Position numbers and translations under genes: made by a program
Assembly: GCA_016783425.1 (NCBI GenBank)
Contig: JADHWP010000001.1
Span: 7,272-71,271, forward strand
Reading direction: 5' to 3'
Source: Candidatus Shapirobacteria bacterium
Lineage (GTDB): Bacteria > Patescibacteriota > Microgenomatia > UBA12405 > BS750m-G30
DNA: 64,000 bases
The notes under the pieces: model-generated
Told to the model about the DNA's origin: nothing
What the model saw: only the letters and a program-made list of their open reading frames with translations
The model's database searches: none
In this document: piece after piece, positions 20,860-29,574 of the stretch
Numbering within the stretch: position 1 is the stretch's first letter
Layout of the letters: each line of letters opens with the position of its first letter

Positions 20860-21855
20860 AAAGCGGTTGAAAAACTCCAAATCTTTTTGAACGACTGTAT
20901 CCCAGCTTGGCTCTAAATTATGGTCAGCCTGGGGGTAGTAATAGTAAGTAACTTCTTTTTTCAGCTTATTTAATTCTTTAATTAAGTCTTCTTGCCATTC
21001 AGCCGGCACCCAGGGATCCGCTCCGCCCTGGTGGATTTGAATTGGAGCATTTATTTTCTGATAGTAATTATCAGTAGAGAAGATTTTTGGGTCATAGGTT
21101 GTTTCAAAATCATTAACCGCGCTTAAAACTTTTTGGGCTTCAGGGGTTAAGTTTTCTTGATCAATATAATCTAAAACGCACTCGGGAAAGCCAAGAGTTA
21201 CTGGCGCCCAAAGGGTAGCGGGGTAATTAAAACCACTGATTTCAAGCACCGAAAGAGCGATCTGCCCGCCGTTGCTATGCGCCCAAAGAAAAACATGATT
21301 AAGATCTGCTTGGGGAAAATTATTTAAAGAAGCAATTAAGTTTAAAACGGTGACGGGTCGCTTAAAGCGGTTGAGAAGAACATCTGTAGTTTCGCTATCT
21401 GATCCACCAAAGCCTAAAAAATCAGGAGCAAAAGTGATAAAGCCATTCTCGGCTAATACTCCTGCCGCTTTTCGGGTACCCAAACCGGTAAAATAAATCT
21501 CTTTATCCGCATAGCCTCGCAGCATAATTACCACGGGTGATTTACCCGTCTTTTTGGGTAAATTGAGCTGGCCGGTTACTTTTTGCCCATCGGAAAGGTA
21601 GGAAAAGACCCAGGAAGTGTATTTTTCTTCCTTTAAAATTTCTCTTTCCAGTTTTATTTGACTGCCCTCGTACTTTTTTTGGGAAAGAGAATCAAAGCTA
21701 TATTCGGCGTAAACCCGCTCCGGATTGAGAGTGTTTTGAGATCCAGAGAACCTTTTTACTAAAGGAGAAATAATTTTACTTTCTTTTGGGGCAAAGGCGT
21801 CCCAGGCAATTACCCCTATTCCTAAAATAAGTAAAGTTAAACCAATTTTTTTCAC
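20851..21855 (-). CDS. Alpha/beta-hydrolase (dienelactone hydrolase/esterase-like) with N-terminal signal/TM
   Basis: 334 aa; HSNGG nucleophile elbow. Confidence 0.65.
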   Translation of the reverse strand: MKKIGLTLLILGIGVIAWDAFAPKESKIISPLVKRFSGSQNTLNPERVYAEYSFDSLSQKKYEGSQIKLEREILKEEKYTSWVFSYLSDGQKVTGQLNLPKKTGKSPVVIMLRGYADKEIYFTGLGTRKAAGVLAENGFITFAPDFLGFGGSDSETTDVLLNRFKRPVTVLNLIASLNNFPQADLNHVFLWAHSNGGQIALSVLEISGFNYPATLWAPVTLGFPECVLDYIDQENLTPEAQKVLSAVNDFETTYDPKIFSTDNYYQKINAPIQIHQGGADPWVPAEWQEDLIKELNKLKKEVTYYYYPQADHNLEPSWDTVVQKDLEFFNRFLN

Positions 21856-21881
21856 CTGAACATTTTAACCGATTTTTGCAG

Positions 21882-22133
21882 TTAGCGGTAGGCTTTTTGG
21901 CGATGAATTATCTGAAGGACAGTTAGTTGTTTGAGGCTTGTTACTTCATAAATGATTCGGTAGGGCCAGGCTTTTAAAGAGCAAAGGCCTTTTAATTTGC
22001 CCCTAAGGGTTTTTCCTAAATATGGGTCTGCCTGTAAAGCTTCAAGTTTTTTGATGATCTTTTTTCTTTCTTTTAAGGATAAGCGAGAAAATTCTTTTCT
22101 TGCTTTTCGGGTAAGAGAAAGTTTCGCGCTCAC
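21882..22133 (-). CDS. RelE/ParE-family toxin
   Basis: 83 aa; C-terminal pattern of RelE/ParE; 4-bp overlap with the upstream antitoxin. Confidence 0.7.
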   Translation of the reverse strand: MSAKLSLTRKARKEFSRLSLKERKKIIKKLEALQADPYLGKTLRGKLKGLCSLKAWPYRIIYEVTSLKQLTVLQIIHRQKAYR

Positions 22134-22393
22134 AAGTATTTTTCTTTTAATTCTTGGAGAGAAACAAGCTCGCCCTTCCTGGCCTGTTTTTTAGATTCTT
22201 TAAGGCTTTCCAGAATGCCGGGGATAGAGAGCACTTCAGCAGTTTCCTGAAGAGACTCTAATTCCTCCAAGCTTATTAAAACTGCTTTGGGTTGGCCGGA
22301 AACAGTAATAATAAACCTTTTTAACTTATCAGCTGTTTGGCTAATAACCAAAGGCAGATTAGTTCTTAGATCAGAAATGGCAATGGTATTCAT
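22130..22393 (-). CDS. Phd/YefM-family antitoxin
   Basis: Start at MNTIAISDLRTNLP (ATG 22393); the table ORF N-terminal extension is rejected; an inverted repeat tgtacaatattgtgtaca lies just upstream (operator-like). Confidence 0.7.
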   Translation of the reverse strand: MNTIAISDLRTNLPLVISQTADKLKRFIITVSGQPKAVLISLEELESLQETAEVLSIPGILESLKESKKQARKGELVSLQELKEKYL

Positions 22394-22477
22394 AAGTTTC
22401 AGTGTACAATATTGTGTACACCCAGTCAAGGAGCGGTGGCGGCAAAAATAATTTGTCAATTGTGTTATAATTCCTGC

Positions 22478-22660
22478 ATGCCTAAAGGGGTAAACTTTTT
22501 TAGTGAAGTAATTGACCAGCTTAAACAAGTAACCTGGCCGGATCGGGAGACCGCCGTAATGTTAACGAGTGTGGTAATATTAGTTTCGGCCGTAGTGGCT
22601 TTGTATTTGGGAGGTTTGGATGTTTTGTTTACGCGCTTAGTGGGAATTTTAGTTAAATAG
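22478..22660 (+). CDS. secE: Preprotein translocase subunit SecE
   Basis: 60 aa from MPKGVNFF...; single C-terminal TM helix; immediately upstream of nusG. Confidence 0.75.
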   Translation: MPKGVNFFSEVIDQLKQVTWPDRETAVMLTSVVILVSAVVALYLGGLDVLFTRLVGILVK

Positions 22661-22672
22661 TTTTTTTGAAAA

Positions 22673-23296
22673 ATGGGCCAAAAAGTAACCAAAGAAGCGA
22701 AAAAAAAGAAAAAGGCGAAAAAAATCAAAAAAAGCGATTATCGCTTTCAGATTAGTGAAGCCAAACCCTCGTTTCGTTCCGCCTGGTTTGTGGTGCACAC
22801 TTATTCCGGCCATGAGCATCGGGTAGTGGAGGCTTTAAAACAGCGGGTGGGCACCATGGGCCTGGAAGATCGGGTTTTCGAGGCGGTTATTCCTTTGCAA
22901 ACCAAATACGTCATTCGCCGGGGGCAGAAAATAAAAACCAAGGAAAAAGTATTTCCGGGCTATATTTTGGTGAATCTGGTTTTAGACGACAACTCCTGGA
23001 TTGTGGTGAAAACTACGCCCGGGGTAACCGGTTTTGTGGGCAGTGGCGAAAAACCTCTTCCGATTGCCAAAAGTGAGGTGGAAAAAATCATTGCGGCGGT
23101 CGAAAAAGAAAAGCCCCAGTATAAAGCTAAATTTAGCGTGGGCGAGGCGGTAAAAGTGGTTGACGGTCCGTTTGCTGATTCTTTAGGAACGATTGATAAC
23201 ATTGATAAAAAACGAGGCAAGGTTAAGGTTTTAATTTCTATTTTTGGGAGAGAAACTCCGGTGGAATTAGATTTTCTCCAAGTTTCCAAGATATAG
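22673..23296 (+). CDS. nusG: Transcription termination/antitermination factor NusG (Lys-rich N-terminal extension)
   Basis: 207 aa; NGN domain ([15 protein letters not shown]) and KOW motif; secE-nusG-rplK-rplA synteny. Confidence 0.9.
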   Translation: MGQKVTKEAKKKKKAKKIKKSDYRFQISEAKPSFRSAWFVVHTYSGHEHRVVEALKQRVGTMGLEDRVFEAVIPLQTKYVIRRGQKIKTKEKVFPGYILVNLVLDDNSWIVVKTTPGVTGFVGSGEKPLPIAKSEVEKIIAAVEKEKPQYKAKFSVGEAVKVVDGPFADSLGTIDNIDKKRGKVKVLISIFGRETPVELDFLQVSKI

Positions 23297-23448
23297 AAAA
23301 TCAAGTAAAATTACAAATAACAAATTGCAAGAAGCAAATAAATCACAATGATCAAATTTCAAAAAGGCAAAAATTTAAATCAGTTTGAAAAATTGGAAAT
23401 TGGTAATTGTTTGTTTCTTGGTGCTTGTAGTTTGGAGCTTGTTTAATA

Positions 23449-23874
23449 ATGGCTAAAAAAGTAAAAGCAATTGTTAAACTTAATCTTCCCGCGGGCGAGG
23501 CCACTCCCGGGCCGCCCGCCGGACCAATTTTGGGCCAGCACGGAGTGGCGATTATGGATTTTATTAACCAGTATAATACCGCCACCAAAGAGCAAAAGGG
23601 GAGCATTATTCCGGCCTTGCTTACCGTCTATGAGGATCGCACCTTTACTTTTGTGACTAAGCTTCCCCCGGTTTCCGCCTTAATCAAAAAGAAGCTAGGC
23701 CTGGAAAAGGGTTCGGCCGAAACTAAAAGAGAGAAAGTAGGCAGTTTAACTCAAGCTGATATTAAAGAAATTGCGAGTAAAAAAATGAAAGACCTGAATA
23801 CCAGTAATTTAGAAGTAGCAATTAAAATTATTACCGGAACTGCCAAAAGTATGGGGGTGGAGGTAGAAAGTTAA
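23449..23874 (+). CDS. rplK: 50S ribosomal protein L11
   Basis: 141 aa; PPAGPILGQHGVAIMDF signature. Confidence 0.95.
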   Translation: MAKKVKAIVKLNLPAGEATPGPPAGPILGQHGVAIMDFINQYNTATKEQKGSIIPALLTVYEDRTFTFVTKLPPVSALIKKKLGLEKGSAETKREKVGSLTQADIKEIASKKMKDLNTSNLEVAIKIITGTAKSMGVEVES

Positions 23875-23893
23875 AAGTTAAAAGTTAAAAGTT

Positions 23894-24664
23894 ATGAGTA
23901 AGAAAAAATCTGCCAAGGAAAAGGCAAAAGTAAAAGAAGAAATTAAAGGCAAAAAAACTAAAGTCGCCGGATTAAAGGGGGGCGAGCGGGTAAAAATGGT
24001 GGAGGGAGAGGGAATAAAAGTAGAAGAAAAAGAAGAGGGAAAAGAAGAAAAGGAAGGCCAGAAAAAAAGAAAAAAGAAAAGCAGGGGAAAGAAATATAAG
24101 GAGGCTCTGGCCAAGGTTGATAAAAATAAACTTTACTCTCTGAAAGAAGCAATTGCTTTGGTTAAAAAAACTTCAATTTCCAGTTTTACTGGTAATCTAG
24201 AGGGTCATTTACTGGTTGATAAAGCCGGGGAAATTGGAGAGCTGAATCTGCCCCACTTTAAAGGCAAAGAAAAAAAAGTGGCCATTGTCGATGGAAAGAC
24301 CTTGACTAAAATCAAAGAAGGGAAAATTGATTTTGAGGTGCTCCTTGCTTCTCCGACGGAAATGAAAAACTTAGTCCCTTTGGCCAAAATCCTGGGCCCG
24401 AAAGGGTTAATGCCTAATCCCAAAAACGGTACTCTAGTCAAGGATCCGGTCAAGGCCGCTAAAAATTGGGGCAAAGGGGGAATAATGTTGGCCACGGAGA
24501 AAAAAGCGCCGGTTATTCATGTAGTTTTAGGCAAAATTGATCAAAAAGACGAAGAGTTGGTGGCTAATGTAGAAGAGCTGATTAAAAGCATTGGTAAAGA
24601 AAAAATTAAAAGAATGACTTTGACTTCCACCATGGGCCCAGGGGTGAAAGTGGCTATTGGGTGA
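23894..24664 (+). CDS. rplA: 50S ribosomal protein L1 with about 70-aa Lys/Glu-rich N-terminal extension
   Basis: 256 aa; conserved LGPKGLMPNPKNGT and STMGPGV blocks. Confidence 0.9.
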   Translation: MSKKKSAKEKAKVKEEIKGKKTKVAGLKGGERVKMVEGEGIKVEEKEEGKEEKEGQKKRKKKSRGKKYKEALAKVDKNKLYSLKEAIALVKKTSISSFTGNLEGHLLVDKAGEIGELNLPHFKGKEKKVAIVDGKTLTKIKEGKIDFEVLLASPTEMKNLVPLAKILGPKGLMPNPKNGTLVKDPVKAAKNWGKGGIMLATEKKAPVIHVVLGKIDQKDEELVANVEELIKSIGKEKIKRMTLTSTMGPGVKVAIG

Positions 24665-24986
24665 TATAATAAAAATAGTGAAGAGTTCAACTAAAATTCC
24701 AGCCTTTGCTCGGGGTGTTTTTTGGTCAGCCAAGATAGAAAATCTTGATTTAAAAAAAGACGAGGTTTATATTATCAACCAAGCGCTTGCCTATGGTACT
24801 TTACCGATAATTAAATGGCTTTTTAAGGCTTATTCTGAAAGAACAATTAAAAAAGTTTTTATTAATCAACCCATTAAAGATTATACCCATCCGCGTTTTA
24901 ATTTTTTAGCAAACTACCTTTTATCTGTTAAAGATAATCTCGATCCACACGACTATGTCCGCAATTTACCTCGAAATACTAGATAA
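24657..24986 (+). CDS. Hypothetical protein, putative partner (antitoxin-like) of the downstream nucleotidyltransferase
   Basis: 109 aa; overlaps the next gene by 32 bp. Confidence 0.4.
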   Translation: MGDIIKIVKSSTKIPAFARGVFWSAKIENLDLKKDEVYIINQALAYGTLPIIKWLFKAYSERTIKKVFINQPIKDYTHPRFNFLANYLLSVKDNLDPHDYVRNLPRNTR

Positions 24987-25614
24987 GTCCAGACGGGAAG
25001 CTTTCGGAAAGTTAAAAGAATTTTCTAAGGGGTATTTGGCTGGTGGAACCGCCTTGGCTTTGCAAATTAATCACCGGCTTTCGTTTGATTTTGATCTTTT
25101 TTTCACCCATCCTTTGAGAAAATCACTAATTAGGAAGTGCCTCCAGCTTTTTGAGGAAGAATCACGAATAATTAGACAAACAGGTGACCAAATTACTATT
25201 ATTACTCCACTGGGTATTAAATTAGACTTTATTCATTATTGGCACAAGCCTATTAGGCCGTTGGTTAAAACTGGAGAGTTGCCTTTGGCCTCAATTTTGG
25301 ATATTGCAGCTGATAAGGCGGCCTGTGTTGGCCGGCGGGCAGTTTGGCGGGATTATGTTGATATTTTTTTCTTACTAAAAAAACAACTCGTTTCTTTAAA
25401 GCAACTGATTAAATTAGCTCAAGAAAAATTTGGGGGAGAGTTTAATGAGCTTCTTTTTTTGGAACAGTTAATATTTTTTAAGGATTTGCCGGTTGCTAAA
25501 ACTGAATTTCTCCAGGAAAAGTATTCTTCAATAGAAATTAAAAAGTATTTGAAAAAAGAGGTTAAGCAATATTTAAAGGAGATTAGTTTTCTCCACCCCC
25601 GAGGTGGGCCTTGA
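24955..25614 (+). CDS. AbiEii-like nucleotidyltransferase-family protein (second copy)
   Basis: 219 aa; YLAGGTALALQINHRLSFDFDLF motif. Confidence 0.6.
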   Translation: MSAIYLEILDKSRREAFGKLKEFSKGYLAGGTALALQINHRLSFDFDLFFTHPLRKSLIRKCLQLFEEESRIIRQTGDQITIITPLGIKLDFIHYWHKPIRPLVKTGELPLASILDIAADKAACVGRRAVWRDYVDIFFLLKKQLVSLKQLIKLAQEKFGGEFNELLFLEQLIFFKDLPVAKTEFLQEKYSSIEIKKYLKKEVKQYLKEISFLHPRGGP

Positions 25615-25625
25615 CTCCTGGGGGG
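25588..25625 (+). terminator. GC-rich hairpin CACCCCCCGAGG-loop-CCTGGGGGGTG overlapping the gene end
   Basis: Member of the CACCCCGAGG/CCTCGGGGTG hairpin family. Confidence 0.45.
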
Positions 25626-25641
25626 TGATATTATTTTTAAT

Positions 25642-26334
25642 ATGAACGTTAAATTTGATGGCTTTCTGGATAATTTCTTTGCCCTGGAAATTGTTCCGGG
25701 CAAAAAGATCAGAATTCCCTATTGGCGCAATAAATTTTTTAAAAATGGGAAAAGAATTCAAGGGCCTTTTGGGGGCAAAGGTACTCCGGCGCAAATAAAG
25801 AGGGCATCTATAAAAAAAGCCAGAGAGGGGAAAATAAGTCTTAATCAACTAAGCTCCGCGCAGATTCGGACTTTTATGAAACAGAAAAAGATCGGCCTGG
25901 ATTGTTCAGGCTTTACTTTTCAGGTACTTAATTTTTTAAAGCCTGGTTTTTACAAAAGGTTTAAAAAAGCCCCGGGAATTAGCCCCAATCCTATTCGCCG
26001 TTTTAATGCCAGGGCTTTAACCAGTAATCAAAATAGTCAGCCGGTTAAAAAAACTAAAAATATTAAAGTGGGCGATTTAATTCCGGTTAGTTTTTCAAAC
26101 GGCAAAATCAACCATGTTTTAGTAGTTGTTGAGGCGGGCAGCAAAGAAATAATCTACGTTCACTCATCCAGTCGTGGCAAAATCACTGGCCCGCATTTAG
26201 GCAAGATCAAGATTATTGATCCAGAGTCAGGTTTGGAAAAACAACACTGGTTGGAAAAAACCAAAAAAGACTTGAATTTGCTCGAATTTGCTTCCCGGCT
26301 GTTGATTAAAATAGGAGTAAGAAGAGTTATTTAA
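25642..26334 (+). CDS. NlpC/P60-family cysteine peptidase-like protein
   Basis: 230 aa; GLDCSGFTFQV catalytic Cys motif with a downstream His. Confidence 0.55.
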   Translation: MNVKFDGFLDNFFALEIVPGKKIRIPYWRNKFFKNGKRIQGPFGGKGTPAQIKRASIKKAREGKISLNQLSSAQIRTFMKQKKIGLDCSGFTFQVLNFLKPGFYKRFKKAPGISPNPIRRFNARALTSNQNSQPVKKTKNIKVGDLIPVSFSNGKINHVLVVVEAGSKEIIYVHSSSRGKITGPHLGKIKIIDPESGLEKQHWLEKTKKDLNLLEFASRLLIKIGVRRVI

Positions 26335-26365
26335 AACAGGCTACGCATTAGAATGGCTATTTTTT

Positions 26366-26794
26366 TCATTTTTTTAAGTAGTTTTTGAGAGAAACGACTG
26401 ACTCGTCTTTAATTTTCCCGTGACATTTGGGATTGGCCGAGATAAGCTGGCATTCAAAATTTTTTGCTAAGGCCACGTAAATAGCATCATAGGCGGTTAA
26501 GTTGTATTTTATAGCAATGGGAATGGAATATTGAACCAGAAAAAGGCTTGTGGGTACGATTTCCACTTTAGTTTGGAAAAATGTTTTTAAAGAGGCAGTA
26601 ACCTCCTTTTGACCAAAACGTTTTCCTTTAAGCAGGGCGTTGGTTAACTCGTGAATTAAGAGATCGCTGGTCTTGGCAATGATTTTATTTTGCTCAAGGT
26701 CAAAAAAGAGTTTTTCGGCCTTTTTTAAGTCAGATTCTTTTTCAGAAGCATACCACTTAACAATTACTGAAGCGTCCAGAATATAAGTTTTCAT
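26366..26794 (-). CDS. vapC: PIN-domain toxin VapC
   Basis: 142 aa; N-terminal ILDASVIVKW with conserved acidic residues. Confidence 0.75.
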   Translation of the reverse strand: MKTYILDASVIVKWYASEKESDLKKAEKLFFDLEQNKIIAKTSDLLIHELTNALLKGKRFGQKEVTASLKTFFQTKVEIVPTSLFLVQYSIPIAIKYNLTAYDAIYVALAKNFECQLISANPKCHGKIKDESVVSLKNYLKK

Positions 26795-27099
26795 CAGTGT
26801 TTTTGACGGTCTTTTACAACGAATTCGGAAAGATTAATCTGGCGGCCAATTTTTCCAATTGTTCTCATTTCTTGCCAAAGAAGCTTAATTTCTTCTTGAG
26901 TCTTAATCTTTTTAAAGGTTGTTTTTTGAGGGGGGATAAAAGGTCGTAATTCTACTTTGTCTGTTTCAGTGGGAGCAATTTCAATAATTGAGTTTGCCCC
27001 GATCCAAGCTAGAGCTTTCCTAATATTGCGAGGGATTGTCAATTGCCCTCGTTCGCGAATTTTGGCAATTTCTCTTAAATCTTCCAAGTGAGTTTTCAT
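26794..27099 (-). CDS. vapB: VapB-type antitoxin (AbrB/MazE-like DNA-binding)
   Basis: 101 aa; RGQLTIPRNIRKAL swapped-hairpin motif; stop/start overlap with vapC. Confidence 0.7.
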   Translation of the reverse strand: MKTHLEDLREIAKIRERGQLTIPRNIRKALAWIGANSIIEIAPTETDKVELRPFIPPQKTTFKKIKTQEEIKLLWQEMRTIGKIGRQINLSEFVVKDRQKH

Positions 27100-27122
27100 A
27101 TTTTAAGAATATCAGAGAATAA

Positions 27123-27147
27123 GAAAATTGTCAAGTTGAGCTTGACA
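27123..27147. promoter_or_regulatory. Palindromic operator-like site AATTGTCAAG-TTGAG-CTTGACAATT upstream of vapB
   Basis: Perfect 10-bp arms, located 24 bp upstream of the antitoxin start. Confidence 0.5.
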
Positions 27148-27229
27148 ATTAAAATTTTTATGGTAAAATGCTAACAATTGACATTTTAAGAAATCCAACT
27201 AGAAAAGTCGCGATTTTCTAAAGGAGTCC

Positions 27230-27412
27230 GCCAAAATGCGGACCGGGTCAGGCCCGTGATAGTCTGAAGCTTTTGTCGCCTCGCCCCCTGGGCGGGAAGG
27301 AGAAAGTTGCTAAGTCCCGATGCCGTGAGGATCGGGAGAAAAAGGGTGGTATCGTCTTTTTAAAAGGCCCCTTTTGATTATCAGTTTTTGGTGATCAGGA
27401 GGGGCTTTTTGT
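27230..27412 (+). ncRNA. Candidate small structured RNA ending in a hairpin plus T-tract immediately upstream of two tRNA-Arg genes
   Basis: GC-rich hairpins (gtccgc-caaaat-gcggac; tcccgat-gccgtgagg-atcggga); terminal gcccc...ggggc followed by ttttt; identity unassigned (SRP/6S-like motifs not confirmed). Confidence 0.3.
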
Positions 27413-27414
27413 TG

Positions 27415-27491
27415 GCACTCGTAGCTTAAACGGAGAGAGCATTCGCCTTCTAAGCGAAAGGTTGTGGGTTCGAGTCCCGCCGAGTGCACCA
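27415..27491 (+). tRNA. tRNA-Arg (anticodon TCT)
   Basis: Cloverleaf folds by eye; acceptor gcactcg/cgagtgc; anticodon loop cttctaa; GTTCGAGTC T-loop; CCA encoded. Confidence 0.85.
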
Positions 27492-27500
27492 AAGGGATTA

Positions 27501-27577
27501 GCGCCCGTAGCTCAACTGGATAGAGCGGCTGTCTTCGGAACAGCGGGTTGGGGGTTCAACTCCTCTCGGGCGCACCA
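27501..27577 (+). tRNA. tRNA-Arg (anticodon TCG)
   Basis: Acceptor gcgcccg/cgggcgc; anticodon stem gctgt/acagc, loop cttcgga; CCA encoded. Confidence 0.8.
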
Positions 27578-27622
27578 AATTAAAAAAGGAAATAAAATGA
27601 TAAAAAATGATGAAAGGAAAAA

Positions 27623-28777
27623 ATGAGTAACGTAGAAATTGACCAACAATCAGCGTGGTCGGAAAATTTGGGCCACCTAAATTCCGCTCTGGCTGTATTA
27701 GGGGAAATGCCGTCCGTGGAAGGAAATGAGCTTGATCGCCTTTTGGCGAAGTTCCACGAGTCAGTAAAAACAATTGCTGGCAGTGAGGTTGCTTTTGCTA
27801 AGATGTGTGCCTTGCTAAAAGAAATTAATCCTCATTTTATACTTAAAGAATTCTCGACGCTGCCCAAAGCCAATGTTTTGGCAAATGTAGTTGCCGGCAT
27901 ATACGGCCCCCTGATTCATGGTTTTTCCCAGGCGGTTATTGAAAATATCCAGATGAGCAATCTTCCTGAAGTAATTGTTGCCCCGCCGAGAGATACGATT
28001 CCCTTGGTAACGTCACTTAAAACAATGGCTGGAATTGAAGGTGTTGATTTGCAAATTATTAAACCGCCTGTTACTAGAAAAACCGCTGGTATTCCTAATA
28101 ATCAATCAAGTGGGACTGCCAAAGAAGACCCGTTATTTCGATCAATGGTCCACCAAGAATTTAAGCACCGTCTTAACGGCACTGGTTTAACAGAGATTGA
28201 GTTTGGTATTTATTCAACTACCTCATTGAAAATAGCCAGATTGCTAAAGAGCATGGGATTAAAAGAAAAATATATTGCCCTAAAATTTTATGGCCTTGGT
28301 CCGAACTTGAGCTATGTTCACGGATTACTTTCTGGCGGAAAAGAATGGGTGGCCGAAAGCGCTGAATCGCAACTCTTGGTAGATCCTGCCCAAATTGCGG
28401 GCCTGATGGTTTTGCTTGATAGTCTTGAAGAGTTTGGGATGCAAAGTGTTTACCAATCAGTTTCTAGATTATACCTTGGCGATGATGGTAAGATATTGCC
28501 TTTTGTTCAACCCGTTGATGTTGAGACTTTTGAGATTGCTCGGGCAACTAATGAAGCAATTGCCTCTACGGCTTTGTATTACGCAACTATTGGTCCGGGT
28601 TTTGCTATTCACTTACTCGAGCAAGTCCCACATCTGGTTGAGCTTGCTCATCAGGGTTATCCTTTTATCCTTCAGGCGCCGATTCCGCCAATGGACAATA
28701 AGGAACAACATTTTGCTAGCATTAGAACAGCTGGAGTTTTTTCTTATCCGGAATTAGTTTTACGAAAGGAGGCTTAG
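27623..28777 (+). CDS. Hypothetical protein (384 aa), first gene of a three-gene operon
   Basis: Long ORF; no recognisable domain. Confidence 0.6.
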   Translation: MSNVEIDQQSAWSENLGHLNSALAVLGEMPSVEGNELDRLLAKFHESVKTIAGSEVAFAKMCALLKEINPHFILKEFSTLPKANVLANVVAGIYGPLIHGFSQAVIENIQMSNLPEVIVAPPRDTIPLVTSLKTMAGIEGVDLQIIKPPVTRKTAGIPNNQSSGTAKEDPLFRSMVHQEFKHRLNGTGLTEIEFGIYSTTSLKIARLLKSMGLKEKYIALKFYGLGPNLSYVHGLLSGGKEWVAESAESQLLVDPAQIAGLMVLLDSLEEFGMQSVYQSVSRLYLGDDGKILPFVQPVDVETFEIARATNEAIASTALYYATIGPGFAIHLLEQVPHLVELAHQGYPFILQAPIPPMDNKEQHFASIRTAGVFSYPELVLRKEA

Positions 28778-28779
28778 CC

Positions 28780-29574
28780 ATGAAGCTAGAAGACATCTTT
28801 ATTCACCAAAAGCCGATTATTGGCGTGGTTAGATTATTGCCACTGGCAGGGTATAAAAGATTCCCTGGTATTGATCGCGTGGTTGAAGTGGCCTTAAAAG
28901 ACATTCAAAAACTAGAGAAGGTTGGCTTTGATGGCGCTTTAGTTGATAACCACACTCACCCTCATGTAATCAAAGCTACTGAAAAAATGAAGGATTGTTT
29001 TATTAAGGTGATGAAGTTTTTGGTGAAAGAAGTAAGAATTCCCTTGGGTGTTCAAGTGCTTTTAAATGATCCCAAAGCTTCTTTGTTGATTGCCAAAAAA
29101 AGCGGAGCGAAGTTTATCAGAACCGACTTTTTTGTAGATAAAGTTAAAACGGAGCATGGGGTTATGGAAATCAACCCTGAAAAGTTAATGAAATACAAGA
29201 AGAATATTAAAGCTGATGATATTGCTCTTTTTGCCGATGTTCAAGTTAAACACGCCACTATGCTGGAAAAAAAGAGTCTTAGGCAGTCAGTTAAAGAGGC
29301 CGTCTCTTGGGGAGCAGATGGAGTGATCGTTACTGGTTCCTGGACAGGAGTTTCACCCTCAGTTTTGAAAATAAAAAAAGTTAAAAAAGAGGCTAAAAAA
29401 ACCTCAACTCCAGTCTTGGTTGGGAGTGGTTTTAATCAAGACAACGCTCAAGAGATCCTAAAAGTAGCTGACGGGGTTCTAATGGCGAGCGCTGTCAGAA
29501 TGGGGAGTCGAATTAATTATTTTAAAGCTAAAGCGCTAATGGAAAAAGTGTTATCAATTAAAAAGGAGATATGA
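28780..29574 (+). CDS. BtpA/SgcQ-family TIM-barrel protein
   Basis: 264 aa; N-terminal PIIGVVRLLPLAGYKRFPG matches the BtpA signature. Confidence 0.65.
   Translation: MKLEDIFIHQKPIIGVVRLLPLAGYKRFPGIDRVVEVALKDIQKLEKVGFDGALVDNHTHPHVIKATEKMKDCFIKVMKFLVKEVRIPLGVQVLLNDPKASLLIAKKSGAKFIRTDFFVDKVKTEHGVMEINPEKLMKYKKNIKADDIALFADVQVKHATMLEKKSLRQSVKEAVSWGADGVIVTGSWTGVSPSVLKIKKVKKEAKKTSTPVLVGSGFNQDNAQEILKVADGVLMASAVRMGSRINYFKAKALMEKVLSIKKEI

Noticed and set aside
22412-22477. N-terminal 22 codons of table ORF 22412-22660 and the N-terminal 45 codons of ORF 22130-22528
   Set aside because: SecE and Phd homologs begin at the internal Met residues (22478 and 22393). The extensions cover the promoter and operator DNA.
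23870-23893. CRISPR array search (short tandem gttaaaa and ctttaag repeats at 23870, 19180, 61745)
   Set aside because: These are 6-7-bp microsatellite-like tandem repeats. No regularly spaced 25-40-bp repeats with unique spacers and no cas genes were seen anywhere in the window.
27310-27773. ORFs 27310-27492(-) and 27498-27773(-) from the six-frame track
   Set aside because: They lie directly over the two tRNA-Arg genes and the structured upstream segment, so they are treated as artefacts of GC-rich RNA sequence.
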